This document shows positions 1-8,893 of a DNA stretch of 64,000 bases, piece by piece (positions within the stretch are counted from its first letter, which is position 1; each line of letters opens with the position of its first letter). The position numbers and the translations under genes were made by a program. The notes beneath the pieces are model-generated. The model had not been told where the DNA came from, made no database searches, and saw nothing but the letters and a program-made list of their open reading frames with translations. Origin of the DNA: a phage; the sequence record PZ171033.1, one strand, 5' to 3'.

Positions 1-374
1 ACTCTCATTGCAAACATCAACGAATTACTCGTGATGAACCAAGTGCTACAGAAGTGTATGGCTTACTTCTTAAAGTAAGTGCTGCTCGTTGTGCTCGTGC
101 TTCTTACAACAACTTCGAAGGACGTCTTTCTACTATTGAAGAGGACTTAGGGTTGTTTACTAAGCTGGTTGAAGACCAACCTATTCATGCTTCACCTACT
201 GAACACCAGGCAACTCCTATGCTGTTCGGTGATAAGTTCATTAACAACCAGAACCCAGCAACCTGGGAACAGGGTGTTACATCAATGGACCGTGCAGGTA
301 ATCTGTATTCAGGTAACCTGTTAGATTTCATCCAATTTCGCAAGTTAATCCCTGGTGAAACCATTACAGAATAA
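1..374 (+). CDS. hypothetical protein, 5' partial
   Basis: Reading frame open from nt 3 to stop at 374; no recognisable motif. Confidence 0.35.
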   Translation, partial: SHCKHQRITRDEPSATEVYGLLLKVSAARCARASYNNFEGRLSTIEEDLGLFTKLVEDQPIHASPTEHQATPMLFGDKFINNQNPATWEQGVTSMDRAGNLYSGNLLDFIQFRKLIPGETITE

Positions 375-383
375 GGTAATTAA

Positions 384-512
384 ATGTCTCAAGAAGATGC
401 ACTGTTTATTATCCGTAATTTCCTAGATGCAAATTGGGAACAGTTTTCTGAGTTCTGTGAAGAACTCGGAGAATCTGCTGAGGAAACTTATGAAGCAACT
501 AGTGGGTAATCA
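384..512 (+). CDS. small acidic hypothetical protein (42 aa)
   Basis: ATG with AAGG 9 nt upstream; below ORF-track size cutoff. Confidence 0.3.
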
Positions 513-514
513 AA

Positions 515-751
515 ATGAAGCGTCTAGCTATCCAAGCAATGATTATAAGTATCATCCTGGTTCTGGAATTTGTATTTGCACTACATGGTGCACAGAGCCT
601 GGAAGAGTTGTTCTTCGTAGTAGCCCGTTTCTCTGCATGTGTTCTTGGCCTATGGTGTGTGTATTACTATGCACGCGATTATGTAGCCATTAAGGAACAT
701 GATGATGCTAAGGAACGCCTACGACAATTCGTAGAAGAGAATCGTAAGTAA
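515..751 (+). CDS. small membrane protein
   Basis: Hydrophobic helices; followed by intrinsic terminator. Confidence 0.5.
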   Translation: MKRLAIQAMIISIILVLEFVFALHGAQSLEELFFVVARFSACVLGLWCVYYYARDYVAIKEHDDAKERLRQFVEENRK

Positions 752-756
752 ACCTA

Positions 757-782
757 AGACCTCCTCCGGGAGGTCTTTTTTT
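757..782 (+). terminator. intrinsic terminator
   Basis: AGACCTCC-TCCG-GGAGGTCT hairpin followed by T7 tract. Confidence 0.65.
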
Positions 783-810
783 GATTCTATTAACTCTTTT
801 AGGAGGGCAT

Positions 811-1023
811 ATGCCTGCTAAATACCGTATCAAAGACACACCACTAATGTGTGAGGGTGAGAAGGGTGACATTGTATATGCCTGCATCCAAGACGATTTC
901 AATGCTGCTCTGATGTTAACCCAAATGACAAATACACTGCATGTATCAGTAACACTGGACCCTACCGGTGACTATCCATGCTTCCCTATTCCTGCCCATA
1001 ACCTGGAGCAAATTCATGATTAA
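811..1023 (+). CDS. hypothetical protein
   Basis: ATG at 811 preceded by AGGAGGG; ORF-track start at 781 is upstream extension. Confidence 0.5.
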   Translation: MPAKYRIKDTPLMCEGEKGDIVYACIQDDFNAALMLTQMTNTLHVSVTLDPTGDYPCFPIPAHNLEQIHD

Positions 1024-1330
1024 CCCTGAAGTAATTCATAGTAAAACCGGTAAGGCTGTCCCACTTAGTGAAATTGCAGTAACTGGGGATATTGCTGCTT
1101 GTCCAGCTAACATTGCCTCTCTATGTATGTGCATTGCTGCACTAGCAGAAGAACGTAAGTTATGGTTGGAACCAAGCAAGGAAATGGTACTGGCTGGTAT
1201 GGCTGAACTGAATGCACTTCTGAAAGAAATGTATGACGAAAATGGTCAATTAGTTGAACCAACTGATGACCAAATTTCAGACGCTGTAGTATTTGTCCTT
1301 CAAGCAATGGCAGGTAAACGCAATGGCTAA
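1016..1330 (+). CDS. hypothetical protein
   Basis: ATG at 1016 with GGAG upstream, overlapping previous stop. Confidence 0.5.
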   Translation: MINPEVIHSKTGKAVPLSEIAVTGDIAACPANIASLCMCIAALAEERKLWLEPSKEMVLAGMAELNALLKEMYDENGQLVEPTDDQISDAVVFVLQAMAGKRNG

Positions 1331-1514
1331 TGTAAATATCGCCTCAGAGAAAACGTATAGCATTCAGATTAACGGCTTAACCGAGTATCAGGTCTTATTC
1401 CTAATGAATGCTTTTCAAAACAGTCCACTGGGCCATCACCCTAATGATGAACCACGGGAAGAAGCTGAACTTCGTAAAGCTATTTTTGATAAGTGTAAAC
1501 AAATTCTAATGTAA
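1323..1514 (+). CDS. hypothetical protein
   Basis: ATG at 1323 overlapping previous stop. Confidence 0.45.
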   Translation: MANVNIASEKTYSIQINGLTEYQVLFLMNAFQNSPLGHHPNDEPREEAELRKAIFDKCKQILM

Positions 1515-1541
1515 GCAACATTTAATCTGGAGAGTAAATAA

Positions 1542-4109
1542 ATGTTAGTTGCAGATACCAATGAAGTAGCTACCTCAGCGACACTGGGTGGCAAAGAAAC
1601 AATTGCCTTTGGCATCTCTGATGACCCGGCATTCTTTCATGTATTAAGTACTTCCCTGTATAACAATCCTACTTTAGCAGTAGTTCGTGAGACTATCTGT
1701 AACAGTTGGGATGCTCATATTGAAGCAGGTAAGACTGATACTCCTATTCGTATCACTATTGATACAGACAACTTTATTACCTTCCGTGACTACGGTAATG
1801 GCATCCCAGATGAACTCATTGGTTCCATCTATGGTGTTTATGGTGCATCTACTAAGAAGTCCAACAGTAGTGTTACTGGTGGCTTTGGTCTGGGATGTAA
1901 ATCCCCATTCGCTTATACAGATAGCTTCCAGGTTACTTCATGGAACCAAGGAAAGATGTCGGTATATAACGTAGCTAAGGCTGCGATTGAGAATGATGGT
2001 AAACCAGGTATTGTTCCTATTGTTACTGGTATTCCTACTGAGGAATCAGGTCTGGAAGTTAAACTCCAGTTAGGCAAACATGATTTAAATACCTTTATTC
2101 ATTACATCACATCAATCGTATTTAACGGTGAGATTAAAGCCGAGCTTAGTATCCCTAAACTCGTTAAAACGGAAGAAGGTAATAGTATTCAACAAGGTGA
2201 CTACACCCTACTGAGTACACTAGGTATGTCATTTGAACCTGGTTCATATGATATGTCTGATAGCTGGTATAAAGGCTATATGGGCAACAGTAACATATTC
2301 GTTCGTTACGGTAACGTAATGTACCCAATTGTATCCAGCCCAGCTAGTGAAGAGGCTGTAGGTCTTATCCTCAATTTTATGAATATCATTGGTGCTAACA
2401 ATTTAGTAGTTCAGGCTGCACCAGATACGCTGGCTATTGCTCCTAGTCGAGAAACGCTGTCTAACCAGAAGTTAACCGACGATGGTATTACTACTCTATG
2501 CGTAGATTTAGTAGACCGTATGGAGAAAGAGATTAAGGCTAAGATTCCTGAAGCCATTAAGCAGGTTGAAGAATATGCCTCTAAATCCCCTACTCGCTTC
2601 TGGGAATATCCATCTTTCCTACTTGCTGTTACAGACAAAACTGTTCAACGCTATATGTCCTCTAGTTTGTGGGCTAAACAACGTAAGCATTACATCAAGC
2701 ACTGGCGTAACTTATCCAATAAAGCATTATTAGCTCGTCCTGAATATGCAGGTCTTAAGAAACTGTATGGTAAGGCTATGAGTGCTCTTAAAGAGACTCG
2801 TGAAGAAGGTACATATTATCCATTTCATGAATTAGTATATCGCCATCTACACTTACCACAGCTTGCTGCTTTGAAAACCTCTGGTATTAAGTGGTCTGGT
2901 TACATAATGAACCAAGGTAATCGTGTTGACCTGGTGAAGGGTAGACTTACTGACTACTTTAAGATGTATCATAACTCCCATCAGGGTATTGGCATATTTA
3001 CTACCAAAAACGTTGTAGTTACTCGCCGTTTATCTGATTGTGCAGACTCTTTTTCATACTTCCCTGAGTACAATCGAGGTGATCTGGAGCGTACAGCTTT
3101 TGTTCACGTCGTTGGTCCTAAGAAGGGTGCAGCAGAAGAAGCTGTAGCTAAATTCACTGCCATGGGTTATCGGGTAATTGACTTTACTCAATATAATGAG
3201 TGGGACAAACCAACTAACTACCGTAGAGAACAGGCTAAGATAGCTGCTGAGAAACGTGCTAAGACAATAGCTGCCAATAAAACCAAAGCAGGAGGTAAAA
3301 CTAATGCTCTGATTTCATTGAATGCAGTTCTTGGTACTACTCCTGCATGGGGTAAAAGTGGTGATTTGGTATCTAAACCATTCATTGACGGGGGATTTGC
3401 TGACCCAAGTCGTCATGAGAAATATGGTTTCATTGAGGTAGAACAGCCTAAGTACTACGTACTAGCCAACCAGGTTAGTTCGGGTAGTCCTGTAACTGCT
3501 CAGATTGGAACCATGTGGAAGTGGTATGAGTTATCTGATGAGATGAAAGCAGAGACTGTTGTCTGTCGCAATCAAATCGAGGCTAACAAAGCCAAACGAC
3601 GTGGTGCTATTCACATTGATGACGTTCGTTTTAGAGAACTGATGTCAGTTATTACCAGTAAGGGATTCAAGAAATACGTTACTGAACATCGTATTGATAT
3701 TCTGGAATATATAGAACTGGATGACAGGGAATACTGGGAAATTCTAGACATACTGGGTCTAACATTCAAACCATTACAGAATCTGATTTTTAAACCAGAG
3801 TATGAATGGGCATATGACTTTTTACGAAATCGACCACATGACAACAAAGAAAAACTTGTTGAAATGGGTTGTATTAAGTCAGTGGATGACTTAGAGCCAT
3901 ATACAATGATGGTTAATCCCTGTAACCATAAGTACTTTAAAATACTTAATGATTACAAAGGATTATTCAGTTATAGCTGGGGTAAGAATGACATTCTACA
4001 GACGCTGGACTTAGGTAGTTTGGTCAAACACCTTAAGAAGAATCCAGAGGATATTCCTGGGTTTAAGTCCCTCTACCGTAATCGTCTAAATAAACTGAAA
4101 GGTAACTAA
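1542..4109 (+). CDS. rIIA: rIIA-like protein with N-terminal GHKL (Bergerat-fold) ATPase domain
   Basis: N-terminal motifs ETICNSWDA (N box), DYGNGI (G1), GGFGLGCKS (G2); 855 aa; followed by large partner ORF as in rIIA/rIIB pairs. Confidence 0.65.
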   Translation: MLVADTNEVATSATLGGKETIAFGISDDPAFFHVLSTSLYNNPTLAVVRETICNSWDAHIEAGKTDTPIRITIDTDNFITFRDYGNGIPDELIGSIYGVYGASTKKSNSSVTGGFGLGCKSPFAYTDSFQVTSWNQGKMSVYNVAKAAIENDGKPGIVPIVTGIPTEESGLEVKLQLGKHDLNTFIHYITSIVFNGEIKAELSIPKLVKTEEGNSIQQGDYTLLSTLGMSFEPGSYDMSDSWYKGYMGNSNIFVRYGNVMYPIVSSPASEEAVGLILNFMNIIGANNLVVQAAPDTLAIAPSRETLSNQKLTDDGITTLCVDLVDRMEKEIKAKIPEAIKQVEEYASKSPTRFWEYPSFLLAVTDKTVQRYMSSSLWAKQRKHYIKHWRNLSNKALLARPEYAGLKKLYGKAMSALKETREEGTYYPFHELVYRHLHLPQLAALKTSGIKWSGYIMNQGNRVDLVKGRLTDYFKMYHNSHQGIGIFTTKNVVVTRRLSDCADSFSYFPEYNRGDLERTAFVHVVGPKKGAAEEAVAKFTAMGYRVIDFTQYNEWDKPTNYRREQAKIAAEKRAKTIAANKTKAGGKTNALISLNAVLGTTPAWGKSGDLVSKPFIDGGFADPSRHEKYGFIEVEQPKYYVLANQVSSGSPVTAQIGTMWKWYELSDEMKAETVVCRNQIEANKAKRRGAIHIDDVRFRELMSVITSKGFKKYVTEHRIDILEYIELDDREYWEILDILGLTFKPLQNLIFKPEYEWAYDFLRNRPHDNKEKLVEMGCIKSVDDLEPYTMMVNPCNHKYFKILNDYKGLFSYSWGKNDILQTLDLGSLVKHLKKNPEDIPGFKSLYRNRLNKLKGN

Positions 4110-4113
4110 TCTG

Positions 4114-6162
4114 ATGAAAATCGAACTGATTTCTATCATCGCACTGGCAGTTGACAGTCGTAACCTTACACTGTGGAAGCCTGATGGCTCCACAATTGTA
4201 TATCCACAGAGCGACCCACGGGTTGCTCGTATTGTATCTGAAGCACAAACCAAAGGTCTGGGAACTACCAAAGATCAAATAGAAGTAAACATTGCACCAG
4301 AAGTAAACCTGCGTACTGAATACCTGGAAGCAGAGAAGAACACTAACGGATTCGTCCGTTTCTTCAAGGTAGCTAAAGCTAAACTTAAAGAGTTCTTCCA
4401 GGATGGCACGGGTACTCAACCTAACCGTATTATTTCTGATATTAAGCTAGGCAACCCTACTAAAACATTAGTATCTAAAGCTATGGATACCTTCCTGGCT
4501 GTACAGGCTAATGAACCAGAAGTAACTGTAACAGATGGTTGTTATGACAGACGTGACAACCTGATGTGGGTTACTGGCTGGGACAAAGACCATAACCATC
4601 CTGCACTGGTTCGTTTTATCAATGACGTATTGCGTTGTGGTTATGACCATACCAACCGTACTCTTGCACAAGAATGGCCTATTGCAATTCGTGCGGTATC
4701 CGATGATGAAATGGGTGAGTTTGTTAAACAAGCTCAGCACATCAAAGGGGTACACGTTGTATTTACCAGTCGTGATGTAACGCCATTTCCTTACATAGAA
4801 GTGGCTAAAACTACGAACCAGGATAAGCTGGCTGCTGCTTCTGAGAAGTTAGCTGCATTGGGTGCTATTAGTACTGATGATGCTAACTTCCACACTGAAG
4901 TGAAAGAAGATGAAGTGGTTGTTGCTGTTACCAACAATGGGGTTATCCCCGGAGTTGAGAACCTACATCGTCACTTACGTCAGTCTGCCCAGCTGAAAGA
5001 CTACAAGGGCTTTACTAAGTTCCTTGAGCGTCTGGCTCCGGTTATTAAAGACCGTCTGCACTCAGTGGAAGACCTGATGAAGTTCATGGAGACTGCTGAA
5101 CTACCTATTGCTGATGATGGTTCAATCCTATTCCTTAAACGCTTGCAGTATAAAGGCAATGAGGATGGTAAACGTGTATTCGTTGACTGTCACTCAGGTA
5201 ACATCAAACAGTGGGTAGGTTGTAAAGTGCAGGTACGTGAAGACCTGGTAGACCCTGACCGTCGTCAGGATTGTTCTAACGGTCTGCACGTAGCTTCCAT
5301 GAGCTATCTACGTGGCTTCGGTGGTAACGTAACTATCCTTGGTAAAGTAGCACCGGAAGATGTATTTGCTGTTCCTGAGTACAGCACTAATAAGATGCGT
5401 GTATCTGCGTATCACATTATTGCTGAACTACCGGAAGAGGAACGTAATAACGTTAACAATGGTATCTACCTGTCTAAGACAGAAGTAGGTAAGAAATTGC
5501 TTAATGATGCCATCGTTGGGAACCATAGCTCACCTACCACACTTATTATGGTTGGTGGTCATCGTGGTACTAACCTCAAATACACCAATCTCACATCTGG
5601 TTCTGTAGAACAATTCCGTACAGTTGCTAGCAAAGAAGCACTGAACATGGAAGAGTCACTGAATGAAGCTGTAGCTGCTGAACCAGTGAAGGCTACTGAC
5701 CTTAAACCTGTTATTAAGAAGGCTCCTACTGTGAAAGAACAAATCCAGGAACTAGTAAAAGAGTTCCTTAATGCAACAACACCAGAAGATAAATTAGCTG
5801 CTGCTGACCTTCTGGTAGAACTGCGTGGTAAAGCTCGTAAGCCTTGGGCTTTATTCGATGTGGGTAATGATGTAGTAGCTAAGATTGCTGATGTACGTGC
5901 AACCTATACAGCTAAGCCTATTGGTAAACCTAAAGCTGTTAAGCAGGATAAGACAGTTAAACCTACTAAATCTAAGCCAGCTATTAATAGCACTAATGCC
6001 AACATCATCAGAGGTTACCTAGCAGATAGTGGTATGTCCGATTATCAGAAAGCCCACTCCATTCATGACCTGAAACGTGCAGCTAAAAAGTCATATGCTG
6101 CTATGGGTCTTACTGAAGAAGAGTGTAAAGCTATTGATAAGCTGAAGCACCACCTTAAGTAA
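4114..6162 (+). CDS. rIIB-like protein (positional inference)
   Basis: 682 aa ORF immediately downstream of rIIA-like gene; no motif recognised. Confidence 0.45.
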   Translation: MKIELISIIALAVDSRNLTLWKPDGSTIVYPQSDPRVARIVSEAQTKGLGTTKDQIEVNIAPEVNLRTEYLEAEKNTNGFVRFFKVAKAKLKEFFQDGTGTQPNRIISDIKLGNPTKTLVSKAMDTFLAVQANEPEVTVTDGCYDRRDNLMWVTGWDKDHNHPALVRFINDVLRCGYDHTNRTLAQEWPIAIRAVSDDEMGEFVKQAQHIKGVHVVFTSRDVTPFPYIEVAKTTNQDKLAAASEKLAALGAISTDDANFHTEVKEDEVVVAVTNNGVIPGVENLHRHLRQSAQLKDYKGFTKFLERLAPVIKDRLHSVEDLMKFMETAELPIADDGSILFLKRLQYKGNEDGKRVFVDCHSGNIKQWVGCKVQVREDLVDPDRRQDCSNGLHVASMSYLRGFGGNVTILGKVAPEDVFAVPEYSTNKMRVSAYHIIAELPEEERNNVNNGIYLSKTEVGKKLLNDAIVGNHSSPTTLIMVGGHRGTNLKYTNLTSGSVEQFRTVASKEALNMEESLNEAVAAEPVKATDLKPVIKKAPTVKEQIQELVKEFLNATTPEDKLAAADLLVELRGKARKPWALFDVGNDVVAKIADVRATYTAKPIGKPKAVKQDKTVKPTKSKPAINSTNANIIRGYLADSGMSDYQKAHSIHDLKRAAKKSYAAMGLTEEECKAIDKLKHHLK

Positions 6163-6176
6163 TAGCCTGTTCAAAT

Positions 6177-6209
6177 AGCCTCACTTATAATAAAGTGAGG
6201 CTATCTTTG
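6177..6209 (+). terminator. intrinsic terminator
   Basis: AGCCTCACTT-ATAATA-AAGTGAGGCT hairpin then ATCTTTG. Confidence 0.6.
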
Positions 6210-6224
6210 AAGAGGAAATAAGCT

Positions 6225-6620
6225 ATGTCTAAAGTATTCAGAAGTAATCGCAAAGCAACTGATGAAGACATCATTCGTATGAATGCTGTTGGTCTGTCCC
6301 TCGCAACTATCGCTAAGACGTTGGGGGTTCACCCCACTACGGTTACTTTGCGATTGCGTTCTCTAAACATCGAACCAGCCGATACACGTCGGACGTTCAT
6401 GGAAAACGTATTAAGACCTTTACCAACCCATGTGGCTGATTGGCTATCAGAACAAGTTGGTCCTGCTTATGAGATTCGTTCATATGTAAGAGACTTGATT
6501 CTGGAGGCATATAACAATCGCCACCTTAACCAAGAGAGTGAGCATGACAAGTTCATCCGTTTGTACGCTGGCAAATACGGAAGCCTGGTTCCGGAAAGCA
6601 GTACCAAATCCAACGAGTAA
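6225..6620 (+). CDS. putative DNA-binding protein with helix-turn-helix
   Basis: HTH-like segment GLSLATIAKTLGVHPTTV; RBS GAGGAAA. Confidence 0.5.
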   Translation: MSKVFRSNRKATDEDIIRMNAVGLSLATIAKTLGVHPTTVTLRLRSLNIEPADTRRTFMENVLRPLPTHVADWLSEQVGPAYEIRSYVRDLILEAYNNRHLNQESEHDKFIRLYAGKYGSLVPESSTKSNE

Positions 6621-6636
6621 GAACATTAGTACCCAG

Positions 6637-6999
6637 ATGGGTTGCCATCTGGAAGAAGTAGAAGAAATGCTTCAGACCATTTATCCAAATGGTAGTTACG
6701 ATGCAGAATTACTGCAACGTGCTCAAGATGCCATTACAAATCTAGCAAACCATATGAAACGTAATGACGATGCTTATCGCATTGACGCTAGTACCAGCCT
6801 GCTGGATGCACTGGCAGACCAGATTGTTACAGCAACTGGCGTCGGTACTTTCCTTGGGATGAATGTCCCTGGAGCATTGGCTGAGGTCAATCGCTCAAAC
6901 TATTCTAAGTTTGAGGATGGTGAACCCGTCTTCAATGAGAATATGAAAGTTATGAAAGGGAAAGACTATACTCCCCCAGATTTAACCCCATACATTTAA
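6637..6999 (+). CDS. hypothetical protein, possibly all-alpha NTP pyrophosphohydrolase-like
   Basis: Start moved to ATG 6637 to avoid overlap; acidic E/D-rich helical motifs; function guess is weak. Confidence 0.4.
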   Translation: MGCHLEEVEEMLQTIYPNGSYDAELLQRAQDAITNLANHMKRNDDAYRIDASTSLLDALADQIVTATGVGTFLGMNVPGALAEVNRSNYSKFEDGEPVFNENMKVMKGKDYTPPDLTPYI

Positions 7000-7019
7000 C
7001 CCTCTACGGAGGGTTTTTT
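7000..7019 (+). terminator. intrinsic terminator
   Basis: CCCTC-TACG-GAGGG then T6. Confidence 0.55.
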
Positions 7020-7032
7020 ACTGGAGATTTTA

Positions 7033-8343
7033 ATGTTTTCCAAACCTACCAAAGCCCCACTGAACAAGGGGCAAGAAGCGGTTGCGAAGGAGTTCTTCGA
7101 CTTCCTGCTCAACCCTAATGCTACCGAATTCAATATTAGTGGCCCAGGGGGAACTGGCAAGACATTCCTGATGTCGCATCTCATTGATGACACTATGCCT
7201 GCATATATGGAAACTTGCTCCCTTATGGGAACCAAGCCCCTGTATAACGAAGTTGTTATGACTGCGACCACGAACAAGGCTGCTGAAGTTCTGGCTCAGG
7301 CTACTGGACGTCCAACATCTACCTATCACTCCTTTCAGGGACTGATTGTTAAGAATGACTTTAAGACTGGTGAGGCTAATGTCGTACCTTCTAAATCATT
7401 CAATATTAAGAAGAACAAAATCATCTTCGTAGATGAAGCATCCATGATTGACCGTCAGTTACTTAAGTATGCTCGTGAAGGTACTCACCAGTGCAAACTG
7501 GTATTTGTAGGTGATGCTTCTCAGCTTCTGCCTGTTAAAGAGAATAAGTCTCCAGTGTATGCAGGTAATATCCCAACACACTATCTGACTGAACAGATGC
7601 GTACCGATGCACCGGAACTCAAAGCATTGCACCAGCAATTGCGTGATACGGTGGAGGGTAAGACGGGCTTCCTGCCTATTAAATGTATTCCAGGCATTAT
7701 TGACTGGGTACAAGAAGAAGAGATGGAGAAACTGGTTCTCAGTCACTTCACTCAACCTACCAACAGCCGTATTGTTGCTTATACGAATGACCAGGTTATT
7801 AATTACAATAACTACATTCGTGAAGCTAATGGCTACGTGGGTGAGTACTCCATTGGTGAGCAGCTAGTGTCTAACTCAGCTGTTCGCTTAGGTGTGGAAG
7901 ACCGTCTGTCTATCGAGCAGGATGTAAAACTCATTGACCAGGATAGTAGTACTCGCATGATTAAGGTTACAGGTGACCTGGAACTGGAAGTTCGTGATAG
8001 TACTCTGGACCTTGGTTATGGTGGTATTGTAAGTGAAGTTCCAGTACCTACTGATCCAGACTACTTCAACCGTTTGGTTAAGTGGCTGGGTAAAGAGAAG
8101 AACTGGGAACCTTACTTCCGTCTTAAAGAAACCATTCCAGACCTGCGTGCTACTCATGCATGTACTGTTCATAAATCACAAGGCTCTACCTACGACACAA
8201 TCTTCATTGATGCAAATGACCTCTCAAGCTGTCGCCAACCTGATATGGTTGCTCGCCTGCTTTACGTCGCTGTGTCTCGTGCCCGTAAGCGAGTAGTGTT
8301 CTATGGCAATCTTGCCAGTAAGTATGGTGGTCTAACTTTCTAA
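7033..8343 (+). CDS. Dda-like SF1 DNA helicase
   Basis: Walker A GPGGTGKT; C-terminal helicase motifs VHKSQGSTYD and VAVSRARKRV; 436 aa. Confidence 0.85.
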   Translation: MFSKPTKAPLNKGQEAVAKEFFDFLLNPNATEFNISGPGGTGKTFLMSHLIDDTMPAYMETCSLMGTKPLYNEVVMTATTNKAAEVLAQATGRPTSTYHSFQGLIVKNDFKTGEANVVPSKSFNIKKNKIIFVDEASMIDRQLLKYAREGTHQCKLVFVGDASQLLPVKENKSPVYAGNIPTHYLTEQMRTDAPELKALHQQLRDTVEGKTGFLPIKCIPGIIDWVQEEEMEKLVLSHFTQPTNSRIVAYTNDQVINYNNYIREANGYVGEYSIGEQLVSNSAVRLGVEDRLSIEQDVKLIDQDSSTRMIKVTGDLELEVRDSTLDLGYGGIVSEVPVPTDPDYFNRLVKWLGKEKNWEPYFRLKETIPDLRATHACTVHKSQGSTYDTIFIDANDLSSCRQPDMVARLLYVAVSRARKRVVFYGNLASKYGGLTF

Positions 8344-8353
8344 GGGAGGATAT

Positions 8354-8884
8354 ATGCCTCAGATTGGTTCAGCAACTATTGGTCAAGTTGCCAATAGCAG
8401 TGAGATAGTCAAACACCTGTTCTTAGCAGAACTGGTTCGTCTTGATAGTGTGTTAAACGGTATCATTGATAAAAACGACCGCATCAATGGTATTGATGTA
8501 TCGGCTGGATTCCTTTATCAGGGTGAGTTCTATCAGCGTTCTAATGCTGCCAGACCTCCAACCTACGGTGAACGATTAACACTTAATCCAGAACTTTGGC
8601 CTGCAATGGACAAGTATCTGAAAGCCTCCAGTCGTTTGATTATGGAAGTACACCTTGTGAACCAGACTGTATATCGCCTGGTTCGTGGTTGTATGTCCTA
8701 TCAGGATGTACGTGATGCTTTACCTGAATGCCTGGTAGCTCAAGACCAGACTGGTAAGTACAAGGAACTGCCACGTACTCGTGAAGCAGCCTGGACTCTT
8801 GCTGGTGATGCTATGGCAATTAAACAATATGAGAAGATTCTTCCCTCTATTGAGTATTATGCAGCTTCCCATCTGTTTTTCTAA
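8354..8884 (+). CDS. hypothetical protein
   Basis: 176 aa ORF in replication module. Confidence 0.5.
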   Translation: MPQIGSATIGQVANSSEIVKHLFLAELVRLDSVLNGIIDKNDRINGIDVSAGFLYQGEFYQRSNAARPPTYGERLTLNPELWPAMDKYLKASSRLIMEVHLVNQTVYRLVRGCMSYQDVRDALPECLVAQDQTGKYKELPRTREAAWTLAGDAMAIKQYEKILPSIEYYAASHLFF

Positions 8885-8893
8885 GGTAAAGCT

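Noticed and set aside
1687-1974. 95-aa alternate-frame ORF inside the rIIA-like gene
   Set aside because: Embedded in a well-supported gene with no independent signals
6538-6636. ORF-track start at 6538 for the 153-aa ORF
   Set aside because: Would overlap the upstream gene by 83 nt in another frame; ATG at 6637 used instead
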